A stretch of DNA of 63,942 bases, the filler included, from Thelocarpon superellum (taxonomy: Eukaryota), in NCBI GenBank assembly GCA_026025795.1. It is 4 parts of 4 records of this genome, joined end to end, with 100 filler letters (N's around TTAATTAATTAA, not from the genome) between each part and the next. Parts side by side here need not be neighbours in the genome. Positions count along the whole stretch, not along the records: positions 33,264 to 49,692 come from JAPEUG010000391.1; positions 49,793 to 63,942 come from JAPEUG010000438.1; 2 more parts are not named here. One strand, given 5' to 3'. Below are positions 37,401 through 52,325 of this stretch, piece after piece; the first letter of the stretch is position 1; every line of letters begins with the position of its first letter. The notes beneath the pieces are model-generated. The model made no database searches and was not told the origin of the DNA. It saw only the letters and a list, made by a program, of their open reading frames with translations. Made by a program: the position numbers and the translations under genes.

Positions 37401-38899
37401 TCTGCCACCGTATGCCACTGCAAGCGAAGGCCGTCGGCAAGATCCTCGACGAATTTCCGGTCCCGCGCTGGCAGCGTAGACGGAAGATCGTAGGCCTGCG
37501 TGATGTCAACACCAGGACTGGTGCGGGAGTTGACGAAGGCCTTGATCTTGCGAAAGAGCTCCTTCTGCGCCGTGGTCAGGACCAACGGGCCCTTCTTCTT
37601 CTTGCCCTTGTCCATCACGTCCACCCGCGCCATCTGCTTCCCCTTGAACCAGCTGGCGTCGGCGTTCTCCGACTCGAAGAAGCGGAATTCCACGTCGGAC
37701 AGCTCGTCCAAGAGCAGATTCAGCCGCTCGAGATTGATGACGCCGCCCTCGTTGATGTATCCACTGCCCTTGGATAAGACGGATTTGTACACCTTGAACA
37801 TGAGCGCCAAGGCGCCCTCGTTGATGTGCAGGTTGGGCAGGTTGGGAAGGAAGTCGTTGCCAACGAAGAAGGCCATGAGGATGAAGTCGTCAATCACACG
37901 TTCCATGTCGTAAGGGAAGGAGAGGGCGCCGGGCTCCTTCAGCTCCTGAAACTCTAACTCCAGATACTCGCGCACGATGCAGAGATGCATCAGGTAGAAG
38001 TTCTGATGTTCCAACTCCTTGGATTTCTTCTGGCTCTGGCGGCCAAACGTGACCTCCTCTCGCAGCAGGCAGAAGTGCGGGTCGTGGCTGAGCAAGCCCA
38101 GCATGATCAGGTCGGCGTCCAGGCCGTAGAGGCAGTGTCGCACATTGGGGTCGTAGTTGGGCTGGGCCTTAGCCAGGCGGATGTATTCCATGATTTTATG
38201 TTCGCCCTCACCGGGGACCTCATGGCCGGATAAGACAATCTCGATGCCTTGCCAGTCCACGTCCTCGGACACCTTCTTATTGATGAAGTACTTGAGCTGT
38301 TCGGTCAGCTTGGCCATGAACCCCGTCCCTGTCACAGTCAGGTCAGTTCGGGACGCCAGCGACACGACCGAGCGGGGACAGACCTGGGGTGATGCAGTTG
38401 CTGTCAAAAGCGTCCTCTTTGGGCATCTCTACTCCTTCACGAATGGCCTTTTCGCGTGCTAACTCACTGTCTAAGGCTGAACGGAAGCGCCGAGCGCGCT
38501 GCTGGTTCATCTTGGCACGCGGAGCAACGCCATCGATGGCCATGAAGAAGAGCTTCTGCGGTTTAATCAAGGCAAGGAGGTGCTCGAGGTAGCTGAAGAT
38601 GGCGATGAACATCTTGTCCTCGGTCATGCGAAAGGTGGGTGAGTCGGAGTCTTTGTGGGTACAGTTGTGGATGATGCCGTTCATGTCGAGCTAGAAATAT
38701 AGATTAGACACGAGAGCAGCCAGGCTCTACAGAGATCCTCTCACGTAGAGACAGTCAAACTCGGGGATTCGGTTCTCGGCGATGAGCTGTGAGATGGCTG
38801 GATACCGCTCCGAGAGCCCTGTCATCATGGGGATTAATCCTGTCTGCGTCATTGCCTGGGAGGGTTGGGCCTACATCGGAAGAACTTGGGCACACCCAT
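34481..38899 (-). CDS. XRN1: 5'-3' exoribonuclease 1 (Xrn1/Kem1), 4 exons
   Basis: MGVPKFFRW|LSERYP, LY|LDMNGIIHNC, AIDGVAPRAKMNQQRARRF, FDSNCITPG, PGEGEHKIM and YGLDADL. Long C-terminal extension (GLNLKFE, GTVVG) typical of Xrn1 rather than Rat1. Confidence 0.97.
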
Positions 38900-40384
38900 C
38901 TTGAGCGATGGGGGTTGAGGCACGCGAGAAAGAGAGACAGTGCCGTGGCGATGGTTGACGGGAAGGGCGGTGGGGGGTGGACCGGATCGCACTGTTGACG
39001 AACTATCATATCGCCGTTGGTAAACGGCCTGCGGCAGCACCACTGCCGCAGTGCCGTAAGTTAGTGCCGCGAGGTAATGCGGCACCTCGCCCTCCGTAGG
39101 GGTAGGGGGTTTGCTGCCACTGACTAGGCGAGTCTCCTCGCTTCACCTCGGTAACAGTGGGGAAGTGGCGCCGAGCCAGTTGTTGTGTCACTCACCGCCG
39201 GCATGCACTTCGAGGTTCGGCATACTGACTGGCCAGTCGTGGTGAACGGCCTGGCGGTGCACATTTCCCCAGTAATAGAGAGGTATACTTGCACCCCATG
39301 AAAGGATGGGGATGCACCTGTCTGTCCATGCACTCGTGGGCGAAGTCATGAGGGAGGCCGCGCGATCCTTGTGCGCACACGTGGACCTGCCGAATAGCCC
39401 TGGCCGTGACCTGACGGCGAGGTGCCCACTCAGGCAAGCCCCGGCTCCGAAGAGACCAGCAGTCATTGGTCGACGCGTTCTTCGAGGCAGCGATGTCAGT
39501 GCCTATATCTCCCAGAGCTTCAGGGCGATGCGTACCTGGGAATTGGTCTGCGCTTGGCGCAGACCTCCCGGGGAGACGGAGGCACCGCTCCTACGCTCCA
39601 GTGCTGCGTACCCAGCCACGGAATCCGCGGCCAGAATCCACGTCCATCTGGTCGTCACCCTGGGCCTCCGTGCCCTCTTCGTGACGGTGAACGCCATGGC
39701 GAGCACGGTCGTCCGCTGTGCGAGAGAGACGTGGACTGTGATGCCCGGGCATTTGACCGGGCAGTCCAAGACTCCCCGCTTCCAGAGTACTTGCTCCGAG
39801 TTTTTCTACGATGATATCGTGAAAAGGTCTTCGGTGTAGATTGTTAGAGGAGAGAAGTCGAGAAGTTGTTCGGGAGGTCCAACTATCTATTAGATGGGTC
39901 GAGCTAGCTACACAAATAGTTCCTCTCATAACACTGAACAGACAGCAAGAGCTATGCGAGGCGAGGCCATTCACGCCGACGGAGATCTCCGGCAATGACG
40001 CGCCACGTCCATAGACGAGGAGCTGATCGCGACCCACTTCAACAGGGCCGGTAAGTTACGGTGTAGTTAGCCCACTATCGACGTGTTTTGGACAGCGTAG
40101 AAACAACCACCAGCTGCTCTTACTCCACGCTGAGGAGTGCCAGTCCACAAATTCCTCGGCACGCTGTCCGTCCTGGTCCTGCTTCATACGTGATTCCTTG
40201 TTTGCCCCCGTCCCGCCTTCTCTCTTTGCAACTCCTCATCACTGTGACGATCACGGTGACCAGTCTATCCCGCACACCTGCCCGTCCCTCCACGGCCCAC
40301 AGACCCTGGAAGCTTCTGTCCGTAACGGTGCAGGATCGATCATCCTGATAAGGCCCAGATCCTTAGCTCCAGCGAACCGAAGAC

Positions 40385-42362
<1,978 letters not shown>

Positions 42363-42694
42363 GTTGTACGGAACCCCCGTCGACAGGTGTATTCCTAGGT
42401 GCCCACCCCGGGGCTTTCTTGGCGGTGGGTACTCCTGAGGGACGGCATCTGGCATACCAAACGCCTTGGCTGGCGCCACATGTCTCAATCTCATTGTCTG
42501 TATCATATCTCTGAGAGCTTGGTCCAGACGAAATGAACCGAGAGACACGATTACAATTGTCGCTCCACAATATCGTGTTCCAAGTGTGGGCTTCCATTGT
42601 CGCTCTATGATCTTTTGCTGGATCATTGTCGCACTTCCTCCTCTGCGCCCCTAAGAGGCATCTTCGACAGAGACATGATACACACAGGCAAGAT

Positions 42695-43861
42695 TCAACT
42701 AAGGTCCATGGGATCTTCCGCTCCCGCTCCGGTCCCCGATCCCGCCGCAACGGTTGCAGGGTGTCCATCGCCCCACTTCATCTCCCGCTCCATGTCCAAC
42801 TCCTCCGGGGTGGGCAAGATGTCCTCAAAGGTGGTGAGATCGATGAAGCCGTAGAGCATCATGTCGAGATACAGCGCCTCCATCTGGATGCCGCGACGAA
42901 TCGCCTCCTGCATGACGAGCTCGTCCGGACGGAGCAGGATGGCGGGGCCCTCGCCCCGATTCTCCAGCTCCCCACGACCGACCTGGTCTGCCGGCACGCC
43001 CAGAATCGAATAGTGGCTGAGGTCGGGCGAGGGCCGGTAGCCATGACGAACGTGCATGGCGAGGAGGTGGGTGTGGGTGGTGAGCATGGAGCGATCAAGC
43101 ACGCCACGGACGAACGCGAGGGAGCGCTGGGCCATGACGAGCTTGCGGAGGGCGTTCTCGCCATCACTCTCGACGGGATCCATGAAGCGCATGTCGAGCT
43201 TCATGAAGAACATAGTGGCGACGCGCAGGTCCTCGTTGGTCCAGAAGGCGTGGTTGTGCATCAGCCCGACGCGCTTCGCGTTCGTACTAATGTCCATGGT
43301 CAGCCACATACGCTTGAGGGTCAAGCTGGCGCGCGGGGGCAGTCGGTGCTCCTCGCGCGCCAGGAGCCGGATGATGTCGCGCACGACTTCCTCGCGGTAC
43401 AGCACCATGCGTAGCCAGCGGAAGCTGGGCACCAGACGCACTTCCTCCGCCTGGACGGGGTGCGGGCGCTGGGCGGGGTCGGGCACGCAGAGCTTCTTGT
43501 ACGCCTTGAAGAGGAAGGTGCTGGCGGATTCGGGGGCGTGGAAGCGTGCGTGGGACAGCAGCGTGGTGCTCATCCGGGCGGAGACGAGCGCGTGGAAGTC
43601 GCGCGAGATGGCGTACAGCGAGACGAGGGTGTCCACGTCCAGGTACTGGCTCACTTCCATCATGATGTCGACGTGCTGGAATAAAGCTGGGAAGATGAAG
43701 AAGGCCGCCCTGGGCTTCGTGGGTGGGGCGGCCGGAAGTGAGAGCTGCGTCACTTTGGGCCGCGCCGTGAGGACGCTGGTCGGGGATCGTCCAACGGGAT
43801 GTCCCTCGGGCTGCGTTGCTTGATTCTGCAGCTTCTCGATGGGCTGCGTGGATGGAGCCAT
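42695..43861 (-). CDS. Uncharacterised fungal protein with an F-box-like segment, apparently intronless
   Basis: Long ORF with strong GC3 bias. FPALFQHVDIMMEVSQYLDVDTLVSLYAISRDFHALV resembles an F-box. Confidence 0.8.
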   Translation of the reverse strand: MAPSTQPIEKLQNQATQPEGHPVGRSPTSVLTARPKVTQLSLPAAPPTKPRAAFFIFPALFQHVDIMMEVSQYLDVDTLVSLYAISRDFHALVSARMSTTLLSHARFHAPESASTFLFKAYKKLCVPDPAQRPHPVQAEEVRLVPSFRWLRMVLYREEVVRDIIRLLAREEHRLPPRASLTLKRMWLTMDISTNAKRVGLMHNHAFWTNEDLRVATMFFMKLDMRFMDPVESDGENALRKLVMAQRSLAFVRGVLDRSMLTTHTHLLAMHVRHGYRPSPDLSHYSILGVPADQVGRGELENRGEGPAILLRPDELVMQEAIRRGIQMEALYLDMMLYGFIDLTTFEDILPTPEELDMEREMKWGDGHPATVAAGSGTGAGAEDPMDLS

Positions 43862-44287
43862 GATGGATGGCGTTGGGCGAGGCGGCGTCGTTCTTGCGAG
43901 GGTAGATGTTCCTGAGGATGGAAGGCCAACGTTCAAAACAAGCGGCTGTTGATCGAAGACTGGGAGTCACGTATGCCACGACATTGAACAGTCCCTTGTA
44001 TCATGGAGCAACAGTAGCAATAGCACGGAAGACGATGGATGGTTGACATGCCAAGTCCCGTTGCAGGTCAGCCTTCAATGGTGAATGACCGCCGGGACAA
44101 AGATTTAACGCAGACGTCAACTCCTGGTCTAAAATTTCATGCAATTATCCCACCGGTGCCTGTTGAACGGCCATGCAAGGTGAGTCCTTAGTCTTTACTA
44201 ACGCCGAGAGCGCAGGGTATCGTTGCCCATGCTGAGATGCCAACCCGCGAAGCACCTTCACCAGCTGCAATCATCTCGCATGCCATG

Positions 44288-45416
44288 TCATTGACGTCGA
44301 TTGACGAGGTTGAGAAATTCTTCGCGTGACTTGGCACTGGAACGCATGCATCCCAGCATGCAGCTGGTGATGGTAACGGCGCTAGTCTTTTGCACACCCC
44401 GCATCACCATGCAGAGATGACTCGACTCCATGACCACGCCCACTCCACGGGGTCGCAGGACTTCGGACAACGCCAGCGCGATCTGCTTGGTCAAACGTTC
44501 TTGCACCTGGAGCCTCCGAGAAAACATCTCGGCAATCCGCGCGAGTTTCGACAAGCCCAGGACCCGTCGATTTGGAATATAGCCAATGTGGATCTGGACA
44601 CCGATCAGGGACGAGTGTGCAGACACGACACGGAGACAACACCAACCTTGCCGGTGAAGGGGACCAGATGATGCTCGCAGAGCGAGAAGACCTCGATGTC
44701 CTTGACGATGACCAGCTCATCGTGGTCCTCGTGAAAGACGGCGCCGTTGACGATATCTCTTACATTCTCCTCGTAGCCTTTGGTGAAGTATAGCATGGCC
44801 TTGGCATAGCGCTCCGGAGTACCACGCAGACCCTCGCGCTCCACGTCCTCCCCTACACAGTCGAGAATGGTGCGCACGGCGCCCGAGAGCTTCTCCAGCC
44901 GCTCCTGGGACTGGGCCTCGGTGGCTTCTAGTCGCTCCCGCGTTCCCAGGCCTGGGTACGCGACACGAATCAGTCGCCATCTCCGGTGCTGTGGGTGAGA
45001 AGCAGGCAAGAAGACTCACTAGGCCAGCTCAGGCCGTCGAAGTCGATGGGCGGACTGAGCGTGTACGGGCTTGCGGGGCGACTGGCCGTGGCAGTGGTTA
45101 GAGAGCGTGCTGCATCTCTAGGATCACGCGGCGCCTCAGTCAAATGGGGATGTGATAGGGAGAGGGCAGCATGGGCATGGGCATCAGCATTACGCTCCGA
45201 CCTGGCCGGCTTGGGCTTATAAGGGTCATGGCCATTGGGGAGCATATCAGCTTCGACGAGATCGGCCGGATTTCGTCGGGCGGTGGAGGAGACGATGGCA
45301 GTCACCAATCGCTCTTCCTCCGAGGGCTCCAGGTCGGATGGTGGGGAGTGAGTGCCATTGGTGTTGTATGGCGGCATGGCATGACGGGGGGTGGGACCCC
45401 GCGGCTGCGAATCCAT
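44288..45416 (-). CDS. FOL2: GTP cyclohydrolase I, 3 exons
   Basis: [68 protein letters not shown] and HLCMVMRGV. Confidence 0.97.
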
Positions 45417-46068
45417 TCCGCTCGGCAGAAATTGCCCCGTCGCCGGGTGCTCGTTGCTGGTCGCTCCGAGTCACCGAATCACCAAGTTACGGGCACTGGA
45501 AAGGCACAAGGCAGGGTCAGGTGAAATCATCCAGGCGGTGTTATCGGAGCACAGGTTCTGGCAGCGAGAGGTCTCCTGTCCACATCATCTGTGAGTCTGT
45601 CTCCGTTCACTCACGGTAGACCGTCGAGGGGGGAGAGGTTTGTTTGACAAACGTCACACTACCACGGCGGGTTAGTCGTAATTCTCTCACTCCCACCCAT
45701 CTTGCGGCCGTCTGATTTGTCCCGTCGCCAGTAGCGTCGCCGCTTTAGGGTGGTGGACCGTTGGTTCGTCAACGCCCGCTGTACTGGCAGGATGCCGGAG
45801 TAGCTCCAAGGGGCGTGACCATCAATGCCAACTGGATCCAGCGTGCTTGCGACGTGGAAACGGGCCTCGAACCGTGCAGGAACCAGCTGCGGAGCAGTTT
45901 AGTCGATCGAAAAGGTGGGAGCATCAATTCTCCTCAAGCACGGGCTATCGCTGACCCGCCCGGCAGCCGTTGATATTGCCCGTGACTCGTGACGTTGCTT
46001 GGGCGTGCTGCAAAAAACCGACCCCCCAGCGTGCCATCACCGATATCACCAATGTCGACGCAGGCACC

Positions 46069-49000
46069 ATGGCCACAGCGAGAGGGGCTCAAGCGCTGAG
46101 GGACCGATGGCGGGATGAAGATGACTATCGCTCTCCCCGGGAAGATCTAACCTCCGCACGGGATCACCGTGCGCGCTCGCCCGACTCGTTGAGACGTACG
46201 GCGCCGCCGGCTGATTGGGACGAGGGTGCCGCTCGATACTCGTCGACATCGGTCCATCACCACGCCCACGACCGGACCAACGACCGCCCACGCTCCGGCA
46301 CGCGCTCCACCACGGTCTCGCCGCCTCCTCGCTCGGTCAAAGGCGACCGTGAACGAGGTCAGGCGCGCTCCCACGCCATGGCAGAGGATCGCTCATCCTT
46401 TCGGGTCAAGCACCGTGACGACCTCTCGCCTCCGTCCAAACGCCTGCGGAGCCGCAGTCCGTCACCGTCTCGGGCCCATCCCAAGAAGCATCGTCGAACC
46501 CAGAGCCGCAGTCCGCATCGCTCCGACGGCTCAACTAACGGGGTGTCGGCCCGACACACCCACTATCGTAGCAGATCAGGCTCGCCAGCCATGCGTTCGC
46601 CCACCCGCAACGCCCGCTCCACCAAGTGGGATTACACCTCCTCTGCCGACCGTCGAACGCCAGATCGCGTCCCGTCGTCCTCGCACCGCCGCCGCTCGAG
46701 GTCTCCGGGAAGTCGTGCGGGCTTTGCTGCTGGCCATCGGCCTCCATCTCCACCGGAACGCCGGCACCTCTCCAGCGCCAAGCGAGACCTCTCACCACAT
46801 CACTTTTCGGACCGGCATTCCTCCAGCCGACGCTCGCCACCACACTACGCCGACCGTGATCGTGACCGTGATCGTGATCGCGATCGTGACCGCCGTGGCC
46901 CCGGGGACTCTCGCGCCAAATATCCCGCCGATAGCATCCGCCACTCGCCACGTCCTGCCCGCTACTCACCCTCCCCTCCCCCACGCTCGCGCCCATCAGG
47001 CGTCGCTTCGGCCCCCCGGTCTCGTCGGGAATCGCCCAATCCTCCCCGACATCGCGAATCCGATCGTTCTCGACGATCGTCACCGGCGCACATCTCACGC
47101 CCGGGATATGTGGATGATCATCGCCCACCCCCCCAGACGTCACGTGCCTCTCCCTCCGTGTCTGCCACCCGTCGGGGGGATGCGGCTTACCACGACAACG
47201 TCACCGACGTCTCCACCTCCAGAGACACCGATATGTATCGCGTGGAGCAGGGGCCACCGCCCTCGCCGCCGCGTCCTATCCCGAGCTTCACCGATTCCGA
47301 CGACCGCGACGACGCCGACGGAGACGCTCGCATGCGTGAAGCCTTCCCCATGCATGGCATGAAAGTTCCCACCGTTCACACCACCCACCGACAACCCGCC
47401 CGACCCCATCTCGACACCCATCACTCCTACTCACACCCGTCGCACCCGTCGCCCTACTCCACCCCGGGTTCCGCACACCAACCCTCCCCGCAATCGGCAT
47501 CCTCGTACGGCAGTGGTCGAGGATGGGGAGGTCCGAATGCGCAACATCCCGGGTAAGATTCGTCGCGACTGCTTTCCCTGACACTCGCGTTGCTAACCGT
47601 CGTCAGACCTGGGCATCCATATTCCCCCCAACCGCCCTACCGCACGAACAGCTATCCGCCTCAGGCCGGGTCCCCTCCGCACATGTACGGGGGTCATCAT
47701 CCCCACCACGGATCGTTTGGTAGCCATCCCGGTCAGATGCAGTCTGGATATCCCACGCAGCAGTATCGGGGCAGCCCCCATAACTTCCGCGGGAACCAAT
47801 TTAGCCCTGTGCAAGATCGGCGCTTCTCAGGGTCTGGACCGCCGCCGTACCAGGTGCACGGTCCACGAGGCCGTGGCGGGCACTTTACCAACCTGCACTG
47901 GAACGCCAACTCCAGTCGCAGCCGCGGGCCATATGAGCAGAACACCCCGTCGGTTCCCCAAGGGTCGCCACATGCGCTCAATCCGAGCATCCACCAAGTC
48001 ACGCCCTCGCCGACCGTCTCGTATCCCGCGGCGGATCCACCTGCGGAGGAGGCGCCGGACGAGGATCTCTTCCGACCATCCAAAGACTTGCGGGTGGAAG
48101 ATGAGAGCGTCAAGGAGGTGTCGCGAGAGGGGCTCACCTCGTCGGATCCGGCGACGATGCCGCCTCCCACCCGTCCCATTCCGACGACGACGTTGGACAA
48201 GGGACCGAAGATCAGCTTCACGATGAAATCCAAGGCTACGCCGGCCCCGAAACAAGATCTGGCACAGAAGATGCGCGAACCTCATCCTCGACGAGACTCA
48301 TCACTTCCAATTGACGCGAAGACGAGGACGCCGACACGAGCAAGCACAAGCACCAGCACTCCGACCCGAGAGATGTCGCGGGCGATGGAGCCACGGCGTG
48401 AGCGGAGAGTGATGAAACGCATCAAGGCACGGCCAACGCTATCGGCCGATTTTGCTGCCTCAGACTCAGTCTACTTCCGACGCCCCGGGAATGAGTCGGT
48501 CGTGGGGTCTGGGACATACGGGAAGGTATTCAAGGCGATCCATGTTTACACCAAGAACCTGGTGGCGCTCAAGAAAATTCGAATGGAGGGCGAGCGCGAT
48601 GGGTTCCCCGTGACGGCGGTGCGCGAGATCAAGCTACTGCAGTCACTCCGCCATGACAACGTGGTGAGCCTGCAGGAGGTCATGGTGGAGAAGAACGACT
48701 GCTTCATGGTGTTTGAGTACCTCTCGCACGATCTGACGGGTCTCCTCAACCATCCGACGTTCAAGCTGGAGCAGGCGCACAAGAAACATCTCGCCAAGCA
48801 ACTGTTTGAAGGGCTGGATTACCTGCACCGCCGTGGCGTGCTCCACCGCGACATCAAGGCGGCCAACATCCTCATCAGCAATGAGGGGCAGCTCAAGCTG
48901 GCCGATTTTGGACTGGCCCGCTTCTTCGCCAAGCGCCGCCAATTGGATTATACCAATCGCGTCATCACGATCTGGTACCGGTCGCCAGAGTTGCTCCTGG

Positions 49001-49692
49001 GTGGGACGCAGTATGGACCAGCGGTCGACATGTGGAGCGCGGCCTGCGTCTTGGTCGAGATCTTCACCAAACACGCCATCTTTCCCGGCGATGGCGGCGA
49101 GATCAACCAGCTCGACAAGATCTATAATGTCTTGGGCACGCCGACGCGCGGCGAATGGCCCGGGATCGTGGACTTGGCGTGGTTTGAGCTGATGCGACCA
49201 TCGGAGAAGAAGGCGAACGTGTTTGCGGAAAAGTACAAGGAGTATGCACGACATGCAAATCCTACCTGATCCTTACTGACGCTCGCGTCGCAGACGTCTG
49301 ACGCCAGACGCATTCGATTTGCTGTCAGCCATGTTCCAGTACGACCCGGCCAAGCGACCCAGTGCGTCCGATGTCCTAGAACATCCGTACTTTACGACGG
49401 AAGAGCCACCAGCCAAGCAGGTGATCGAGTGCGTATACCCAGCTCACCTGCACACTACCCCACTAACTCTGTCTCTCCTCAGACTCCGCGACCTCGAAGG
49501 CGACTGGCACGAATTTGAATCCAAGGCGTTGCGCAAGGAGAACGAACGTCGCGACAAGGAAGCGCGACGTGCTACGAGCAAGGAGCATCACCAGCGGGAG
49601 AGAGAGAAGGAGAAACGCCGCATCTCCACCAGTGCCTCTGCCGCTGTCACCGCCACCACCAACAACAACAACGGCACCGCGCACTCCTCGTC
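46069..49692 (+). CDS. CTK1: RNA Pol II CTD kinase Ctk1/Lsk1 (CDK12-like) with a long RS-rich N terminus; 3' end truncated by the gap
   Basis: VGSGTYGKVFK, ALKKIRMEGERDGFPVTAVREIKLL, HRDIKAANIL, DFGLAR, DYTNRVITIWYRSPE and EGDWHEFESK. Introns 47553-47607, about 49243-49293 and 49429-49482. Confidence 0.9.
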
Positions 49693-49792
49693 NNNNNNNN
49701 NNNNNNNNNNNNNNNNNNNNNNNNNNNNNNNNNNNNTTAATTAATTAANNNNNNNNNNNNNNNNNNNNNNNNNNNNNNNNNNNNNNNNNNNN
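49693..49792. other. Artificial contig spacer
   Basis: 44N-TTAATTAATTAA-44N. Confidence 0.98.
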
Positions 49793-49992
49793 CCAATCAT
49801 ACATGTCTCATGTCAACCCTTCAGCGGATTCCGTCGTGAATGTGTGAATTGCAAGAGGTTCTGCTGTGCCACCGCGGGGGAACGACTGCTTGTGGGGATT
49901 CCGTCTCGTAAGCCCAACCGATACCAGATATCATACCCGTCTGCTCTCGCACTCGACCATCACCGTCTGCTTGAAGCGGCATCACGGGCAAG

Positions 49993-51880
49993 ATGGGTAT
50001 GAGAGGCCCTCACACCAGTCCGATAGATTGCTAATATGGGCCAGAGTTGATCGAAAAACAGATATCGCCATCGAGTCCAACAAATCTAGACTCCCCAACT
50101 GAGCCGGAATCGTTGGTAGGGAGCCAGGAGACCGAGGCGAATCGCGGCGCAAAGAATGGCACCGAGGCGAAAGCCCAATGTCCACCCCACACTACGGAGC
50201 GTAAGCTCATGGCCAGGGTGGATCTACATGTACTGCCCATCTTGTGCTTCATCTATTTCCTCGCCTTCTTGGACCGGTACGTGTGGACAATGCCCCCCTT
50301 TGGCCGATGCTGACGATGATGAATAGGGTCAACATCGGAAACGCGGTCATCTTCAACATGAAGACGGACTTGGACTTACAAGGCTTCCAATACAATACCG
50401 CGTTGATGGTATTCTTTGTGCCGTACATCCTCTTCGAGATACCATCAAACGTCCTGTTGAAGAAGTTCAAGCCGCACATCTGGCGTACGTTGACCCAAAT
50501 CCCAGAATCTGACTCGGCCCTCACCATCTATTGGCAGTGTCGGGATGTATCTTTCTCTTCGGCCTAACCATGACTCTGCAGGGTCTGGTGCAGAACTTTA
50601 GCGGACTGGTTGCCACAAGGTTCTTCCTCGGCTTATTCGAGAGCGGGGTCTTCCCAGGCTGTGAGGTGAACGTGCCTCATCTCAGGCACGCTGCTGACGG
50701 TGGCAGGTTTCTACGTCATCAGCATGTGGTACAAACGATCGGAAGCTCAACGCCGCTTTACCTTCTTCTTCGGCTCGACCACCTTGGCCGGTGCCTTTGG
50801 AGGATTATTGGCAAGCGCCATAGGGAAGATGGACGGAGTACGCGGCTACCACGGGTAGGTCTCCACGAGGCCGACGTTCCGCAGGCACTAGATCTGACCA
50901 TCACAGGTGGCGATGGATCTTCATTCTCGAAGGCATCCTGACATGCGTCACGGCATGCGCAGCCATCTTCCTGATCCCCAACTTCCCGGAAGAGGCCAAG
51001 TGGCTGAGAGAAGACGAACGAGCGTATATCGAGGCAAGATTGAGAGACGAGCACGGCCTTCCGTCTGGAAAAGAAACCCGGACTTCGCCGAGAGAAATTC
51101 TCGCGGTGTTCAACGACCTGAAGATTTTCCTGGGCGGATTCATGTATTTTGGCATCATCGTGACGGCCTACGGTGTGTACCCATCTATCTCTCCACCTCC
51201 CTTTCCTCACCCCCAATCACCCTCCACAATCGTCGTGCTTCTCCTTCTAAGACTCCCCAGGCTTCGCCTACTTCTCACCCACCATAATCCACAGCTACGG
51301 GTACACGGCAATCGAGACGCAACTGCACAGCGTGCCACCGTACGCGGCGGGCTTCGTACTCTCCATGATCCTCGCCCTCTTCTCCGACCTATCGCAGCAC
51401 CGGCTCCTCTTCACTCTCTTCTCGACCTCTCTGTCCGCCATCGGCTTCACAATCCTCCTATGCATCCACCACCACCGACGCACACAATACGGCGCCCTCT
51501 TCCTCGTCGCCATGGGCTACACCAGCGCAATGCCACTGATCATATGCTGGTTCAGCATGAACACGGCGGGCCATCGTCGCCGCGCCGTCGCCACCGCGTG
51601 GCAGATTGGCTTTGGGAACGCGGGAGGGATCGTGGCGACGTACGCCTTTGTCGACGCGACACATTTCTATAGAACCGGCTACCTCATCTGTCTTGCGTTT
51701 GTGGGCCTGAGTGCGGCCGCCAGTCTGACGTACGGTGCTGCTTGCTGGTGCCAGAATCGAAACAGGCGGAGGGTCGTACGGGCGGAGGGGGAGGGAGGGG
51801 TGGATGGTGTGATTGCAGACGACGAGCAGGGCAGAGCGGCGCGGGGGGACCTGAACCCCGAGTTTCGCTATTTGTTGTAG
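49993..51880 (+). CDS. MFS transporter, anion:cation symporter / allantoate-nicotinate permease (Tna1/Dal5-like) family, multi-exon
   Basis: ERKLMARVDLHVLP..FLAFLDR|VNIGNA, YILFEIPSN, RFFLGLFESGVFPG, WRWIFILEG, QIGFGNAGGIVA and GDLNPEFRYLL. Confidence 0.93.
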
Positions 51881-51982
51881 TGGCATTCAATGTCCCTCAT
51901 CTGCTCCATAATGGAACGAAAGCGACGTAGGGAAGACAAAAACTTCATCTTTTCATGATTACTTACTGCTTCTTCTTCCTTC

Positions 51983-51993
51983 TCACACACACA

Positions 51994-52061
<68 letters not shown>
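51983..52061. repeat. (CA)n(TC)n compound microsatellite
   Basis: A short CA run followed by more than 30 TC units, between convergent 3' ends. Confidence 0.97.
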
Positions 52062-52063
<2 letters not shown>

Positions 52064-52325
52064 TGTGCCCTGTGCGCCTGTAACCAAGCCTACAACCGAG
52101 TTGCGCAAAGTTGAATGGACGGTGGAACAGCAAATGGTGAAATCTCAAGGTTAGACGAATGAATGGAGAATGAAGAAAGGTGGCAGTGACGCCAGTAAGA
52201 TGGACGAGCACAGGAAGAGACGCGACTCTGGAGACAACACGCCCACACCGTGAGAGGGACGGCCCGGCGACCATCAGGTGCCTTACGCCGGCAGCACAAA
52301 CGTCCGTACCCGTACATCAATCCTC

